Source: an uncultured Gemmatimonadales bacterium (GTDB lineage Bacteria; Gemmatimonadota; Gemmatimonadetes; Gemmatimonadales; Gemmatimonadaceae). From it: a stretch of DNA of 64,000 nucleotides. The notes below the pieces were generated by a model. That model was not told the origin of the DNA and made no database searches. It saw only the letters and a list, made by a program, of their open reading frames with translations. The stretch lies in NCBI GenBank assembly GCA_963707505.1, contig CAVPQB010000003.1, forward strand, positions 544,001-608,000. The letters are read 5' to 3'. The position numbers were made by a program, and so were the translations under genes. Shown piece by piece: positions 36,875 through 48,026 of this stretch. Position 1 is the stretch's first letter, and each line of letters opens with the position of its first letter.

Positions 36875-38389
36875 ATGGTACGCGTGGTGCTGGTGGGGGC
36901 CGTTTGTATTATCCCGGGCCTGACCTGCGGCGGCGATTCAGGCACAGGACCACGCACTTTGAAGGCGCCGCCTCCGCTCGCAGTCATCAAGTTCGATCGG
37001 GCGGTGGATTCGGTCGCGCTGCAAAGTACGAGCACCATCGTCGCGACTTTCTTCGACTCGGCAGGATCGCCAGTTGTGCCGACATCGCTCTCGTGGCGCG
37101 TCGCTGATTCGACGATCGCGTCAGTATCGAGCGCTGGCGTGGTCACCGGAATACACGCGGGATCAACGACTGTAACATTGATCGCGGACGGTGTGTCAGC
37201 GTCGCTTCCGGTATTGGTGACTCCCGCCGCATCGCGCGTCAGGGTCACGCCCGGCGTGCTCGATCTGGGCGTCGGACATACGATCGCAACGCAGGCATTG
37301 TCATTCTCCGCGACCGGCGACACGCTGCACGGCAGAAGCTACACGTACTCCATCGACAAGGCGGCCGTCGCATCGGTCACTTCGTCGGGCGTCGTGCAGG
37401 GCATCTCGGCGGGTACCGCGACGCTCACGGTGACTTCTGGAGCTGCCTCGGTCAGCGTCCCGATCTCAGTTGCCACGCTCGGAATTGCGGGCTTCAGGAT
37501 CGACCTCCGATTCGTCGGAAATGTCTCATCCACGGTGAAACAGGCAGCAGCGGCCGCTGCGCAACGATGGGAAACCGTAATCTCTGCGCCGCTCATCCCG
37601 TACCACGTAATTACGACGGCGAACCTTTGCGGCGCAGGAATCCCCGCAGTCGATACGATCGAAACGAGCATGATGATCGTCATTCAGTCGGACTCGATCG
37701 ACGGACGATCGAATACGGTCGGACTCGGCGGCCCATGCATAATTCGCGACGACGCGCCGCAGTTCACTGCACTCGGCACCATCACCGTCGATTCCGCCGA
37801 TGTCACTTCGTTGAGCCAGCAGGGGCTTCTAGTTGCAATGTTGACTCACGAGATGGGCCACGTGCTGGGAATCGGAACTCTGTGGTCCGATGGTACAGTT
37901 CGGGATTCGGTGACGTACTTTCCGAATACAGCAGCAGGTCTTGGCGGACCCGACCCTGTCTTCATCGGCCACGCGGCGAGAGTCGCATCCGCGGAGCTTG
38001 GCTTCACCGCCGATTCGTCGCTCGGCGTTCCGATCGAGAACTCGGGCGGCGATGGAACGCGCGACGGCCACTGGCGCGCGACTGTATTTGGCCACGAGCT
38101 GATGACAGGCACACTTCACAACGGACTGGATCCGCTGAGTCTGGTGACCATCGAGGCGCTCGCAGACTTTGGCTATACTGTGGTCCCGGAGGCGGCTGAC
38201 GATTTGACCGCCGCGAATGCGTTCAACCCCAACGTCCCGGTCTCGCCCTCCGCGAGCATCAACGTGCCTTCCGCCGCATCCGCGGGCACGACGATCAAGG
38301 AGCGACTCCTCTTCCCGCGATTCACAGTGTCCCGCAGTGGCAACCTGCACCGGATTCGTGGATCGTCCGGACCTGCGGCGCCCAAGTGA
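36875..38389 (+). CDS. lipoprotein with two Ig-like (Big_2) domains and a leishmanolysin-like (M8) zinc peptidase domain
   Basis: Lipobox-like GLTC, SSAGVVTG/SSGVVQG repeats, HEMGHVLG and GHW...HELMT motifs. Confidence 0.85.
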   Translation: MVRVVLVGAVCIIPGLTCGGDSGTGPRTLKAPPPLAVIKFDRAVDSVALQSTSTIVATFFDSAGSPVVPTSLSWRVADSTIASVSSAGVVTGIHAGSTTVTLIADGVSASLPVLVTPAASRVRVTPGVLDLGVGHTIATQALSFSATGDTLHGRSYTYSIDKAAVASVTSSGVVQGISAGTATLTVTSGAASVSVPISVATLGIAGFRIDLRFVGNVSSTVKQAAAAAAQRWETVISAPLIPYHVITTANLCGAGIPAVDTIETSMMIVIQSDSIDGRSNTVGLGGPCIIRDDAPQFTALGTITVDSADVTSLSQQGLLVAMLTHEMGHVLGIGTLWSDGTVRDSVTYFPNTAAGLGGPDPVFIGHAARVASAELGFTADSSLGVPIENSGGDGTRDGHWRATVFGHELMTGTLHNGLDPLSLVTIEALADFGYTVVPEAADDLTAANAFNPNVPVSPSASINVPSAASAGTTIKERLLFPRFTVSRSGNLHRIRGSSGPAAPK

Positions 38390-38396
38390 AGAAGCG

Positions 38397-38432
38397 CGCG
38401 ATGATGCACGCGACGATGTACGCGACGATGTA
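38397..38432. repeat. 12-bp tandem repeat CGCGACGATGTA x3
   Basis: cgcgatgatgca cgcgacgatgta cgcgacgatgta. Confidence 0.75.
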
Positions 38433-38495
38433 GCCGGCTTGACGTGATCGGGGTATGTGGCTCTCTTTCGCACACCCCGAACCGGAGAGCGACAC

Positions 38496-39956
38496 GTGTC
38501 ACGGCAACTTCATTCGTTACTGATCACACTCGGCCTGCTGGCGGCGCCGAGTGTGATGCGCTCGCAGATCAGCGGCGCTGAATTCGCAGCGAGGCGCGAT
38601 TCGCTCGCGACACACGTCGGCGATGGCGTCGTGATAGCATTCGGCGGGAGAACACCGGTTACCGATTTCGGGCCGTTCTACCAGCTCCCTGCCTTCCACT
38701 ACCTCACGAACTTCGACGAGGCCGACGCTGCGTTCGTCATGGTCGTACGCGACGGACACGCGACCAGCAGCACGTTGTTTCTCACGCCGATCGATCCGCG
38801 CACTGCATTCTACTACGGACGGCGGCCGGACTCGGCGAGTGTAACGAGCACGCTGGGAGTCAGTGCGCGATCGTTCAGCGCGCTTGGTACGATCGCAGAC
38901 TCGCTCGCGAAGTCCGGACTACCCGTCTACACGCTGGCAGACTTCGCAGACGCGGATTTCGCGCGACAGGACTCGCTCACGCGCGGACGCATGTTCGTTC
39001 GCACGCTGGTCGCAAACCATCCGGGACTCGTGGTGAAGGATGCGCATCCGATCGTCGATGCACTGCGCGCACGCAAGAGTCCGGCTGAGATCGCGCTGCT
39101 CAAGCGCGCCGCAGAGATCAGCTCCGCGGGGCACGTCGCGGTACTGCACATTCCCGAGCCACGCCACGAATACGAGCTCAAGGCCGCGCTCGAAAACACT
39201 TTCACGAGGCTGGGTGGATCGCGGCCCGCGTATGGATCGATCGTAGGTGCTGGACGGAGCGGCACTCAATTGCACTACATGCTCGACAGCGGCTCTGCAC
39301 GACCGGGGGATCTCGTAGTGATGGATGCGGCGACCGAATATCAGGGTTACGCGGCCGACGTCACGCGTACGATTCCCGTGAGTGGGAAGTTCACTGCGGA
39401 CCAGCGAGTCATCTATCAGCTCGTGCGCGATGCACAGGCGGCTGCGGAGCGCAATTCAAAGCCGGGAATGTCCGCCGCGGCGGCAACCGATTCTTCAGTT
39501 GCAATCCGTGCAGCCGGTCTCGCAAAGCTCGGGTTGATCGAAAGCGTCGACGCAATGTTCGATCCGCCGTGGAAGGTGGACTGCACCGCTGCCCCCGCGC
39601 AGTGCAGACAGTCCATGCTCTGGATGATTCACGGAATCAGTCACGGGCTCGGACTCGCGGTACACGATCCGGCGCAATATTACAGCGGCGAAAAGAAGTT
39701 CATGAAGGGCGACGCATTCACGATCGAGCCCGGCATTTACATAAGCACAGCGGCGCTGGACGTTCTTCCTGACACACCGAGGAACCGAGCCTTCGTCGCG
39801 CACGTGCGCGCGGCCGTCGAGCGTTACAACAATACCGGAGTTCGCATCGAGGACGACTACGTGATAACCGATCGCGGCCTGGAGCGAATGAGCAGCGCGC
39901 CGCGGGAGATCAGCGAGATCGAGAGCATCATGAAGACGCGGCCCGCGAGGAAATAG
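38496..39956 (+). CDS. secreted Xaa-Pro aminopeptidase (M24B)
   Basis: Signal peptide, LHY, DVTRT, HGLGLAVHD, TIEPGIY and GVRIEDD motifs. Confidence 0.92.
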   Translation: MSRQLHSLLITLGLLAAPSVMRSQISGAEFAARRDSLATHVGDGVVIAFGGRTPVTDFGPFYQLPAFHYLTNFDEADAAFVMVVRDGHATSSTLFLTPIDPRTAFYYGRRPDSASVTSTLGVSARSFSALGTIADSLAKSGLPVYTLADFADADFARQDSLTRGRMFVRTLVANHPGLVVKDAHPIVDALRARKSPAEIALLKRAAEISSAGHVAVLHIPEPRHEYELKAALENTFTRLGGSRPAYGSIVGAGRSGTQLHYMLDSGSARPGDLVVMDAATEYQGYAADVTRTIPVSGKFTADQRVIYQLVRDAQAAAERNSKPGMSAAAATDSSVAIRAAGLAKLGLIESVDAMFDPPWKVDCTAAPAQCRQSMLWMIHGISHGLGLAVHDPAQYYSGEKKFMKGDAFTIEPGIYISTAALDVLPDTPRNRAFVAHVRAAVERYNNTGVRIEDDYVITDRGLERMSSAPREISEIESIMKTRPARK

Positions 39957-40088
39957 CCGCAGCCGCCCACGGCTGCTCCTCTACCGCTTACATGTTGCAT
40001 ACGCCGCTCGCCCTTGCCGGCGAGCGGCACAGAGCGAAGATTCGCGCGTACGCAAAAACCGTCCGATCCTTCACGCAAAGAGGGTACG

Positions 40089-40541
40089 ATGCGCACGAGC
40101 GGCCTGGTTGTCCTGGTTGGAATTGCGGCGACGTCAGTGTCGATGGCGTGTGCCGCAGCGGGCGTGCACAGGAGTGACGCAACGCCCAGTGGGACTATCA
40201 CTATCACGAAGGAACAGGTCGAGCGGTCGGCCGCCACAAATGCATGGGAAGTGCTGAAGAACGAAGTGCGCCGATACACGTACAAGGAAGACCGGTCGGG
40301 CAGGCCTCTGCGAATCGTCGCCCAGCGCGGGGTAAGCTCGATGATACTGTCCGACTCCGACGCGCCGATGGTGATCATCGACGGCGCGCGCCTGACCGAC
40401 GTTGCCGCGCTGGCCCAACTTCCAGCGAGCGCAATTGCCAGCATCGATATCCTGAGCGGAATCCGCGGCAGTGGATCGCAAGGCACGAATGCGTCAGCCG
40501 GCGTGATCTACATCCACACCCGCGAGGCGTCGTCTCCATAA
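40089..40541 (+). CDS. stand-alone TonB-dependent-receptor plug-domain protein
   Basis: Leader ending SMAC, then ITKEQV, RG.SS, PMVIIDG, IASIDIL and GVIYIHT. No barrel. Confidence 0.82.
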   Translation: MRTSGLVVLVGIAATSVSMACAAAGVHRSDATPSGTITITKEQVERSAATNAWEVLKNEVRRYTYKEDRSGRPLRIVAQRGVSSMILSDSDAPMVIIDGARLTDVAALAQLPASAIASIDILSGIRGSGSQGTNASAGVIYIHTREASSP

Positions 40542-40556
40542 GATCGCGGACGTACG

Positions 40557-40606
40557 AAAGACTGGAGGGGGCAGGCTACGCATGTAGCCTGCCCCCTCCA
40601 GTCTTT
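40557..40606. terminator. bidirectional terminator, 23-bp perfect stem
   Basis: AAAGACTGGAGGGGGCAGGCTAC-GCAT-GTAGCCTGCCCCCTCCAGTCTTT between convergent genes. Confidence 0.88.
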
Positions 40607-40622
40607 TAGCTCATCAGCAGTT

Positions 40623-42041
40623 CTACGCCTGATTCTGCTTGCACGAACCCGCGACGTAACTCGGGTTGTTCTGCTCGGCCTGGGGTACCGGCGTGTTGAC
40701 GTCGGTACCGTAATTGCCGCCGTTGTGAACGTAGATCCCCGTCGGGAAAACCTGCTCCGCCCCAAGACCGTACTGGCGAATCAAGCGACGCATGTCGCCG
40801 AGGCGATGCGAGGTGAGATAGAGCCAGTATGCGCGCTCCTTGAAGAGCTGATCTCTCTGCGCACCAGCCGTTGCCTGAAGAGTCAGCGGCGGCAGCGAAC
40901 TGGCTGGATAGCCACGAAGCGCAAGCAACGCAGCGTTGCTGCGAAGCCCATTGAGGATCGCGAGCGCGTTGCTCGGGCTTCCACCCTTGAGTGCGGCTTC
41001 AGCCTCTATCAGGCGCGCTTCCACACCGTCTGCGACGACACTGGACGACGTGCGCAGCGGATACTTGGTCTGCACGAACTGCTTCGTGAAGCCGTCGAAG
41101 CCGAGCCCGGTGCCGGCGCGGACGCTATCGGCAACCCGTGGATCAGCGGCTGCACCCTTTGCCTTGAGATCGCCATCGCTGGCGTACGGTAGACCATTGG
41201 TGCCCTTGCGATCCGCCTCGCCGAAGCGAGCGACATTGGCCGTGAGTGCCCAGGTACCGTTGTTCTGGCCCGCGCTGGTCTGGGAGTGTGTATAGAGGTA
41301 CTGGAACGTGGTCGGAACGCCTGCGACCGCAGTTGCGGCGCCAGCGAAGTCGCCCTTATCCAGAAGTGCGCGACCCAGGCCGACTGCCGCAAGCGATTTG
41401 ACGCTTGCGGTGAGTGACGATCCGCCGCTCGCAGTCGCCTGATTGAACTTCGATATCGCGCTATCGGACAGTTGGTCGGTCGTCAGGCCAACGCCGAAGG
41501 TGAACGAGCCATCGGCGTTCTGGACGCTTGTCGGAACGGAGCCACAATAGTTTTCCGCGAACAACACGTAAACCATGCCGTTCAGCGCCAACGATTCCGC
41601 GTAGCCGGTGCTATCGGACTTGCTCTGCGCCAGCGACTTGAATGCGTTTACAGCGCGCTCCGCCGCGGCGCGCGCCTGGTTCAGGGTCAGGAACAACGGG
41701 CCGAGGCTCGTGTTGGTGATCGTCTGCGCGCGCTGATCCGACTCGATGCGCGTTGGGAACGTTTCGGTATTTATGAATTCATCCGATAGCGTGGCAGAAA
41801 GCTGAACCTGCTGCCAGTCTCCACCGGGACCGTCGAACGCGCTCCCGAAGGAGCCGACTGCACCCGCGTACAACGCCGGGAGCGCTGACGCGCCCGTGAA
41901 CGCACTCGGTCGTGCCACGTCCGGATCTGTTACCTGAAGGATCTTCTGTGTATCGCAAGCTGAAAGCGTGATCACAATGGCTAGAGCCATGAGTCGGGCT
42001 GGCCGACCCGTGATTCCACGCAAGACTGTTCCGATCTTCAT
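40623..42041 (-). CDS. susD: SusD/RagB-family outer-membrane lipoprotein
   Basis: Lipobox LSAC, EARLIEAEA, ERAYWLY..HRLGDMRR and PVPQAEQNNP motifs. Directly downstream of susC. Confidence 0.88.
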   Translation of the reverse strand: MKIGTVLRGITGRPARLMALAIVITLSACDTQKILQVTDPDVARPSAFTGASALPALYAGAVGSFGSAFDGPGGDWQQVQLSATLSDEFINTETFPTRIESDQRAQTITNTSLGPLFLTLNQARAAAERAVNAFKSLAQSKSDSTGYAESLALNGMVYVLFAENYCGSVPTSVQNADGSFTFGVGLTTDQLSDSAISKFNQATASGGSSLTASVKSLAAVGLGRALLDKGDFAGAATAVAGVPTTFQYLYTHSQTSAGQNNGTWALTANVARFGEADRKGTNGLPYASDGDLKAKGAAADPRVADSVRAGTGLGFDGFTKQFVQTKYPLRTSSSVVADGVEARLIEAEAALKGGSPSNALAILNGLRSNAALLALRGYPASSLPPLTLQATAGAQRDQLFKERAYWLYLTSHRLGDMRRLIRQYGLGAEQVFPTGIYVHNGGNYGTDVNTPVPQAEQNNPSYVAGSCKQNQA

Positions 42042-42069
42042 GTGTTGTCTCGGCGAGAGGGTCGTTTTA

Positions 42070-45048
42070 TCAGAAGTTGACATTGATACGTGCGGTCCAG
42101 GTGCGCGACGGCGGAATCGTCAGAAAGTCCGATGTCCCGAAATTCGCGTTGGCTGTCGAATTGACTTCCGGATCGAAGCCCTTGTAGTTCGTCCACGTGT
42201 GCAGATTCCGTCCGGCGATCGTGAGATCCAGGCCGCGTGTATGGAATGCGTTGGCCAGCCGTGGCGATGCGATGAACGTCACCGACAGTTCACGAAGCTT
42301 TGTGAAGCTTGCGTCTTCCACGTAACCAGCATCCGTCCCCAACGAAGTAGCAGCGATCGATGCTGCCTGGTCGGCGAGTGAAGCCGACTTGTCATATGCT
42401 GCCTGACAGTTGCCAAACGCGCAGCGGAAGCGCGCCGTGTTGTCGAACAGCTTGAAACCACCCTTATGATCGATGAGCGCCGAAAACCTGACCCAGCTGA
42501 ACAACGTAAGGTTCGGCGTGATGGAATAATTCTTCGTCGGGAAGATGTTGCCGAGATAGACTGCAGTGTCGCCGACGGTGATTTCGGAACGCGCGATTAT
42601 CCCGTCGCCGTTCGCGTCCTTGAATGACATGGGCTTGAGCCAGTAGGAGCCCAGAGCATACCCAACGCGATGCTGCTGATCGCTGTTGACGACGATCGGC
42701 GGTACTGGATCGCCGGTCGGAAGCAGGCCAAGCGTGAGCAGCTTGTTGGAATTCGTCGACGCGTTCACGGAGAAGTCGAACTGCACCTGCCGTGCATCGA
42801 GTACCTTCACGTTCGCCACGTATTCCCAGCCGGTGTTGAGCACCGCACCGAGGTTCTGGAACTGTGTAGCCGTAAGGCCGAGTGACGGAGCGAGTGGAAC
42901 GGCAACCAGCAAGTCGTCGGTTCGCTTGTGATAGTGCGTCACCTCGAGACCGATGTGCTGGCCGAGGAATCCGGCATCAAAACCGAGCTCAGTCTCGGAC
43001 GAGCGCTCTGGACGCAGATTGGGATTGCCAGTGCCCCCGACTACAATACCCGGAACGTCCGCTCCGCTGACCGTGACCGTTTGCTCGTTGAAGAACGTGA
43101 TAGCGTCGCGGAAATTTGGACGCTGGCCTGACCGTCCGTTCGCGGCGCGCAAGCGCAGCGAGTTGAAAAGGTTGGTCTTCGGGAACCATGACTGCTCGTC
43201 GACGACCCAGGACCCGCTTATCGATGGGTAGGTGATGTGGCCGAAATTCTGACCGAACGCACTGTTCTGGTCAGTTCTCACCGATCCCGTGATGAACAGC
43301 CGGTCGGCGTACGCGACCTCCTCACTCACGAGCCCGCCGATGGTCTTGTTATCGGTGTTCGTCGAGCTTACTGCAAAGCGGGCGCTCGTGCCGCTGAGCG
43401 AACCCGTTCCCCCAAGCAGGCCTGCACCAAATGCCTGGGTCCCCTGAATCAACTCCTTCGTGAACGCAAATCCAGCACTCGTCGTCGTCTTGACCTGGCC
43501 GAACGGATTCCAGTGTGCCGACAGTGTTCCATTTGCGGTGTAATCGTAGACGGAAGTGGGATTCGACGTCACCTGTCCCTGTGGCAGTGAGCCGAACGTG
43601 ACCACATTCGGTGGAACGACCTCATGGTCCCAACGATTGGTGTAATCAAGACCGAACACACCGGTCGCTGTCAGCCACGACAGAGGTGTGTATGTCGAAT
43701 TGACCGTGCTGCCATATCGCTGCACGTCCTGCCGCGTGTTGATCGCGTACAACACCTGCGGCAGCTGGCCGTTGAGATAGCCGTCCGCGGCATTTGGAAA
43801 TGCACCGCCCAACAATGCGGCGCTGACGATGCCGAGCGTGTTGTTGTCGTTCTGCGGCAGCCGCAGATGGTCGGTCAGATAGCTCGATCCGATCTGCACG
43901 TTGACCTGCGGGCTCAACACGGCATTTACGTTCGCTCTACCGCTAGCTTTCTGATCCTGATCGACTGCGAATATCCCCTGCTGTTTGTCGAAGCTGCCGG
44001 ATACGTAGTAGTTGACCGCATCCGTGCCACCGTTCACGCTCAGGCCGTATGCTCCATGGTGGCCATGAATGAGCGCGCCGGACGCCCCGAGTGGATTGTA
44101 GAAGACGAGTGAATCCGGGTTTGCGGTGCAATTACCCAGAGTCTGGCTGTCCAGTGTGCAGGTCGTGGTGCGTTTGCCGGCTGTGGTCAGTCCTACCTGG
44201 TGGTAGTTCGACGGATACGTCGTAACATCCTGAATCGTCCCGCCCTCCGCATAAGCGTTCCAGCGGGCCTTGGTATTGGATCCGTGTTTTGTCGTGATCT
44301 GGATGACCCCGTTGGCAGCAGCCGTGCCGTACTGCGCGGCAGCCGCCGGGCCTTTCAGGATCTGAATGTCAGCGATGTCTTCGGGATTGATGTTGTTGAA
44401 TGACGACGGCACCTGACCACCAACTCCGATGCCGGCGAACTGATCGTTGTATCGAATCCCGTCCACGATCAGGAGAGGCTCGTTATTGAGCGACAGCGAG
44501 TTGGAGCCGCGAATGCGAATGCGCGAGCCTGAACCCACCGTGCCACCCGTCGTCGCGACATCGACCCCGGCAACCTTACCCGTCAGGAGCTGGCTCGCAC
44601 TCTGCGCGGTCGCCAGTTCCACAGGTTTCGGTTGAATTATGGCGACAGCGGTACCCTGCTCCTTCTTCCGCTGTGTTTCGCCAGTCGCCGTAGTCACGAC
44701 TTCTTCGAGACTGATCGCGACAGGTGACAGAGAGAACACGACATTCGCCAGATTGCCATCGGCGACTGTTACGGTCTGCGTCGACGCCGCGAATCCGATT
44801 CGCATCGCGCGCACCTGATACTGGCCCGGCTTGAGAACGGTGATTCTGAAGTTGCCTTCGGCGTCGCCGAGCGTCGCGCGTTGCGAACCTACGATCTGGA
44901 TCCGCACCGACGGGATCGGTGTGTGCGACGATGCGTCCACCACACTCCCGGTGATCGTACCGCCAGTCTGTTGGGCTACAAGTATTGCGGGCGCGACGAG
45001 CGTCCCGACAATAATGAGTAGCACTCGGTTGAGATAACGAATCGTCAT
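42070..45048 (-). CDS. susC: SusC/RagA-family TonB-dependent transporter
   Basis: Carboxypeptidase-regulatory N-domain, IRIRG..S, PLLIVDG, ILKGPAAAAQYGTAAANGVI, LRPERSSE and a terminal Phe. Confidence 0.93.
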   Translation of the reverse strand: MTIRYLNRVLLIIVGTLVAPAILVAQQTGGTITGSVVDASSHTPIPSVRIQIVGSQRATLGDAEGNFRITVLKPGQYQVRAMRIGFAASTQTVTVADGNLANVVFSLSPVAISLEEVVTTATGETQRKKEQGTAVAIIQPKPVELATAQSASQLLTGKVAGVDVATTGGTVGSGSRIRIRGSNSLSLNNEPLLIVDGIRYNDQFAGIGVGGQVPSSFNNINPEDIADIQILKGPAAAAQYGTAAANGVIQITTKHGSNTKARWNAYAEGGTIQDVTTYPSNYHQVGLTTAGKRTTTCTLDSQTLGNCTANPDSLVFYNPLGASGALIHGHHGAYGLSVNGGTDAVNYYVSGSFDKQQGIFAVDQDQKASGRANVNAVLSPQVNVQIGSSYLTDHLRLPQNDNNTLGIVSAALLGGAFPNAADGYLNGQLPQVLYAINTRQDVQRYGSTVNSTYTPLSWLTATGVFGLDYTNRWDHEVVPPNVVTFGSLPQGQVTSNPTSVYDYTANGTLSAHWNPFGQVKTTTSAGFAFTKELIQGTQAFGAGLLGGTGSLSGTSARFAVSSTNTDNKTIGGLVSEEVAYADRLFITGSVRTDQNSAFGQNFGHITYPSISGSWVVDEQSWFPKTNLFNSLRLRAANGRSGQRPNFRDAITFFNEQTVTVSGADVPGIVVGGTGNPNLRPERSSETELGFDAGFLGQHIGLEVTHYHKRTDDLLVAVPLAPSLGLTATQFQNLGAVLNTGWEYVANVKVLDARQVQFDFSVNASTNSNKLLTLGLLPTGDPVPPIVVNSDQQHRVGYALGSYWLKPMSFKDANGDGIIARSEITVGDTAVYLGNIFPTKNYSITPNLTLFSWVRFSALIDHKGGFKLFDNTARFRCAFGNCQAAYDKSASLADQAASIAATSLGTDAGYVEDASFTKLRELSVTFIASPRLANAFHTRGLDLTIAGRNLHTWTNYKGFDPEVNSTANANFGTSDFLTIPPSRTWTARINVNF

Positions 45049-45389
45049 AACGTGGTGCGAGCTCCTAGCTGAGGTGATTTGCTAGGCGGGCTCCGGCCTG
45101 TTATAAACGCCGGGCGCGTCCGGGTGAGCAGACGAAGCGCTCACCCGGCGATGCGGCTGGTCCCATCGCAGTGTCGCGCCTGCGCGCAACGTGCGTCGGT
45201 AGCAGACCCGCTCAAGGGTGAGGCTAACCTATGCCTCCGAGTTCAGAGCGAACCCCCGCTTTCGGCGAACGGTGGATTGGATAGGGTGAACTGCGTCCGG
45301 GCACCGATAAACATCGCGGCGAACGAACATACCGAAAAGAGCGTATGTTTTCGAGCGTTTCCTGCAACCAACATCTCACACCAACTGGA

Positions 45390-47939
45390 ATGACCAACAG
45401 GCTTATCATCACTCTAGGCACTGCAGTGCTCGTCGTTGGATGCGCGCACAACGCGACGCCGCCAGCTCCGGCGCCATCACCGGTGAGAGCTGGCGCAGGT
45501 GCCACCACGAACGCGGACGTTGCGGCCGCCCCGCGCGATTCGACACCACGAATCACACCGGGCGTCAGTCCGAGGCCACGCCCCTACAATCGCGTCATAA
45601 CATCGGAAGCGAAAACACGACGCGGCCTTTTCATCGTGCATCGTGTCGGTGACAAGCTCTATTTCGAGATACCACGCAACGAGCTCGGTCGCGACATGCT
45701 GCTCGTCGGCCGTTATGCACGCGCCGCGGCCGAGAACCCGAATTCACCGGATGGCGGTTTTGGTGAGTATGGTGGTGATGAGTTCGGCGAGCGCACACTT
45801 CGCTGGGACCGGGATGGCGACCGCATAATCCTGCGCTCGCCGTCGTTTGCGATAACCGCCGACACATCGCTGGCGGTCTATCGAGCAGTACAGAACTCCA
45901 ACTACTCACCGATCGTCGCGATCTTCAATGTCGAAGCATATGGCCGCGACAGCGCGGCAGTGATCGATGTAACTCGTCTCTACACAACGGCTGTACCCGA
46001 GTTCGCCGCGATACGCGGAACTGTCGACGAGCGCCGCTCTTTTGTCGAGAGCGCGATTGCGTTCCCCGACAACGTCGAGGTAGAAGCGACCCAGACGGGC
46101 GTGCGCGCACCAGCGCCAGCGCGTCCGGGAACGCCCGCGGCGCCAGCGGCGCCCCGGGAATTGCAGACCGCCCAGAGCGTCCTCGCGCACTGGAGCCTGG
46201 TTCGACTCCCGGATATCCCAATGATGCCGCGACGCTTCGACGAGCGCGTCGGTTTCTTCTCGGTAAGGAACGTGAATTTCGGGGTCGAGCAGCGCGCGGC
46301 AGAGCGTCAGTTCATAACGCGCTATCGCCTCGTCAAGAAAGATCCGAGCGCCGCACTGTCGGAGCCTGTCAAGCCGATCATCTATTATGTCGATCCGGCG
46401 ACGCCGGATCAGTGGAAGCCGTGGATTCGCAAGGCGATCACCGATTGGCAGCCTGCATTTGAAGCCGCGGGTTTCAAGAACGCAATCATCGCCATGGACC
46501 CGCCGGCCAATGATCCCGACTGGTCACCCGACGACATACGTCACACGATGATCCGCTGGCTGCCGTCCACGGTCGAGAATGCCGTTGGCCCACACGTCAG
46601 CGATCCGCGCACGGGCGAGATATTGAACGGGTCCGTGCGCATCTTCCAGAATGTGCTCAACCTTCAGCGCGACTGGTACTTCACGCAGGCGGCACAGGTC
46701 GATCCACGCGCGCGCAGCTTCCCGATGCCTGATTCGCTGATGGGCAGATTGCTGGAGTTCGTCGTTGCGCACGAGATCGGTCACACGATCGGCTTGCGAC
46801 ACGACCAGCTCGGAAGCTCGACGTATCCGGCGGACAGCGTCCGGAGCGCCACATGGGTCCACACGATGGGACACTCGCCGTCGATCATGGATTACTCGCG
46901 CTTCAACTACGTAGCACAGCCGGAAGACCACATTCCGTTGGACGACATCATCCCACGCATCGGCCCTTACGACAAGTACGCGATCATGTGGGGTTACAAG
47001 CCGATTCCGTCCGCGATGACCACCGACGCGGAGCGCCCCACGCTCGATCAGTGGGCACGCATGCAGGATACCATCCCGTGGTATCGCTTCTCCGAGAACA
47101 ACGAAGCAGGCGGATTCGGCACGCTTACAGAAGCCGTCGGCGATGCAGATCCGGTCAAGTCCACAGGTTACGGTTTCAGGAACCTGCAACGCGTCGCAGG
47201 TTACATAAATGGCGCAGCGACCGAGCCAGGCGAGGACAACAGCGATCTGCGCGAGATATACGATCGCACGGTGAGCCAGTGGGCAACGGAAGCCAATCAC
47301 GTAACGACCGTCGTGGGCGGCGCCGAGGTGCAGTACAAGTCCGGGAGCCAGCCGGGTGCCGTCTACACTCCCTTGTCACGCGCTCGGCAGGCCGACGCGA
47401 TTCGCTTCCTCAACGACAACGTGTTCAAAACGCCGACCTTCCTGATTCGGCCCGACATCGCGCGCAGGATCGAGGCGGATGGCATGATCAGACGCATCGA
47501 CAACGCGCAGGCTCGCGTTCTCAACAGCCTCCTCGACGATCAGCGAATGAACCGACTGATTGGCGACGAAGCACTCGCCACGAACAAGCGCGATACGTAC
47601 ACACTCGCGAACATGCTGGACGATATGCGGCATGGAATCTGGAGCGAGCTGTCGTCGTCGCACGTTACGATCGATCCGTACCGGCGTGCGCTGCAGGATA
47701 CCTATCTCACACAGATCGATCGCAAGTTGAATGCGCCCGCTACGACCGCGGTTCGCGCAGGCTTCGGCCCACCACAGCCACCACTATCGGAAGATGCGAA
47801 GTCAGCACTTCGTGGTGAGCTGGTCTCGCTTACCGCCGACATAAAGCGTGCAAGTGGGAATGCCGCAGACAGGGAAACGCAGCTTCACCTCGCCGGCGCG
47901 GAGCATCGCATCGGGGAGATACTGAATCCGAAGAAGTAG
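45390..47939 (+). CDS. zinc-dependent metalloprotease lipoprotein (DUF5117/DUF5118/DUF4953 type)
   Basis: Lipobox [39 protein letters not shown] and SIMDY motifs. Confidence 0.92.
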   Translation: MTNRLIITLGTAVLVVGCAHNATPPAPAPSPVRAGAGATTNADVAAAPRDSTPRITPGVSPRPRPYNRVITSEAKTRRGLFIVHRVGDKLYFEIPRNELGRDMLLVGRYARAAAENPNSPDGGFGEYGGDEFGERTLRWDRDGDRIILRSPSFAITADTSLAVYRAVQNSNYSPIVAIFNVEAYGRDSAAVIDVTRLYTTAVPEFAAIRGTVDERRSFVESAIAFPDNVEVEATQTGVRAPAPARPGTPAAPAAPRELQTAQSVLAHWSLVRLPDIPMMPRRFDERVGFFSVRNVNFGVEQRAAERQFITRYRLVKKDPSAALSEPVKPIIYYVDPATPDQWKPWIRKAITDWQPAFEAAGFKNAIIAMDPPANDPDWSPDDIRHTMIRWLPSTVENAVGPHVSDPRTGEILNGSVRIFQNVLNLQRDWYFTQAAQVDPRARSFPMPDSLMGRLLEFVVAHEIGHTIGLRHDQLGSSTYPADSVRSATWVHTMGHSPSIMDYSRFNYVAQPEDHIPLDDIIPRIGPYDKYAIMWGYKPIPSAMTTDAERPTLDQWARMQDTIPWYRFSENNEAGGFGTLTEAVGDADPVKSTGYGFRNLQRVAGYINGAATEPGEDNSDLREIYDRTVSQWATEANHVTTVVGGAEVQYKSGSQPGAVYTPLSRARQADAIRFLNDNVFKTPTFLIRPDIARRIEADGMIRRIDNAQARVLNSLLDDQRMNRLIGDEALATNKRDTYTLANMLDDMRHGIWSELSSSHVTIDPYRRALQDTYLTQIDRKLNAPATTAVRAGFGPPQPPLSEDAKSALRGELVSLTADIKRASGNAADRETQLHLAGAEHRIGEILNPKK

Positions 47940-47998
47940 AGATGTAATCAACGTATCGGTCATTCTCGCGGTGAGGCGCGGATGCGTCCGCGCCTCTC

Positions 47999-48025
47999 CG
48001 TCATTCCCGCGACGCGGGAATGACG
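47999..48025. repeat. REP/dRS3-like palindrome CGTCATTCCCGCGACGCGGGAATGACG
   Basis: Near-perfect hairpin between convergent genes; same core as the array at 55706. Confidence 0.7.
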
Positions 48026-48026
48026 A

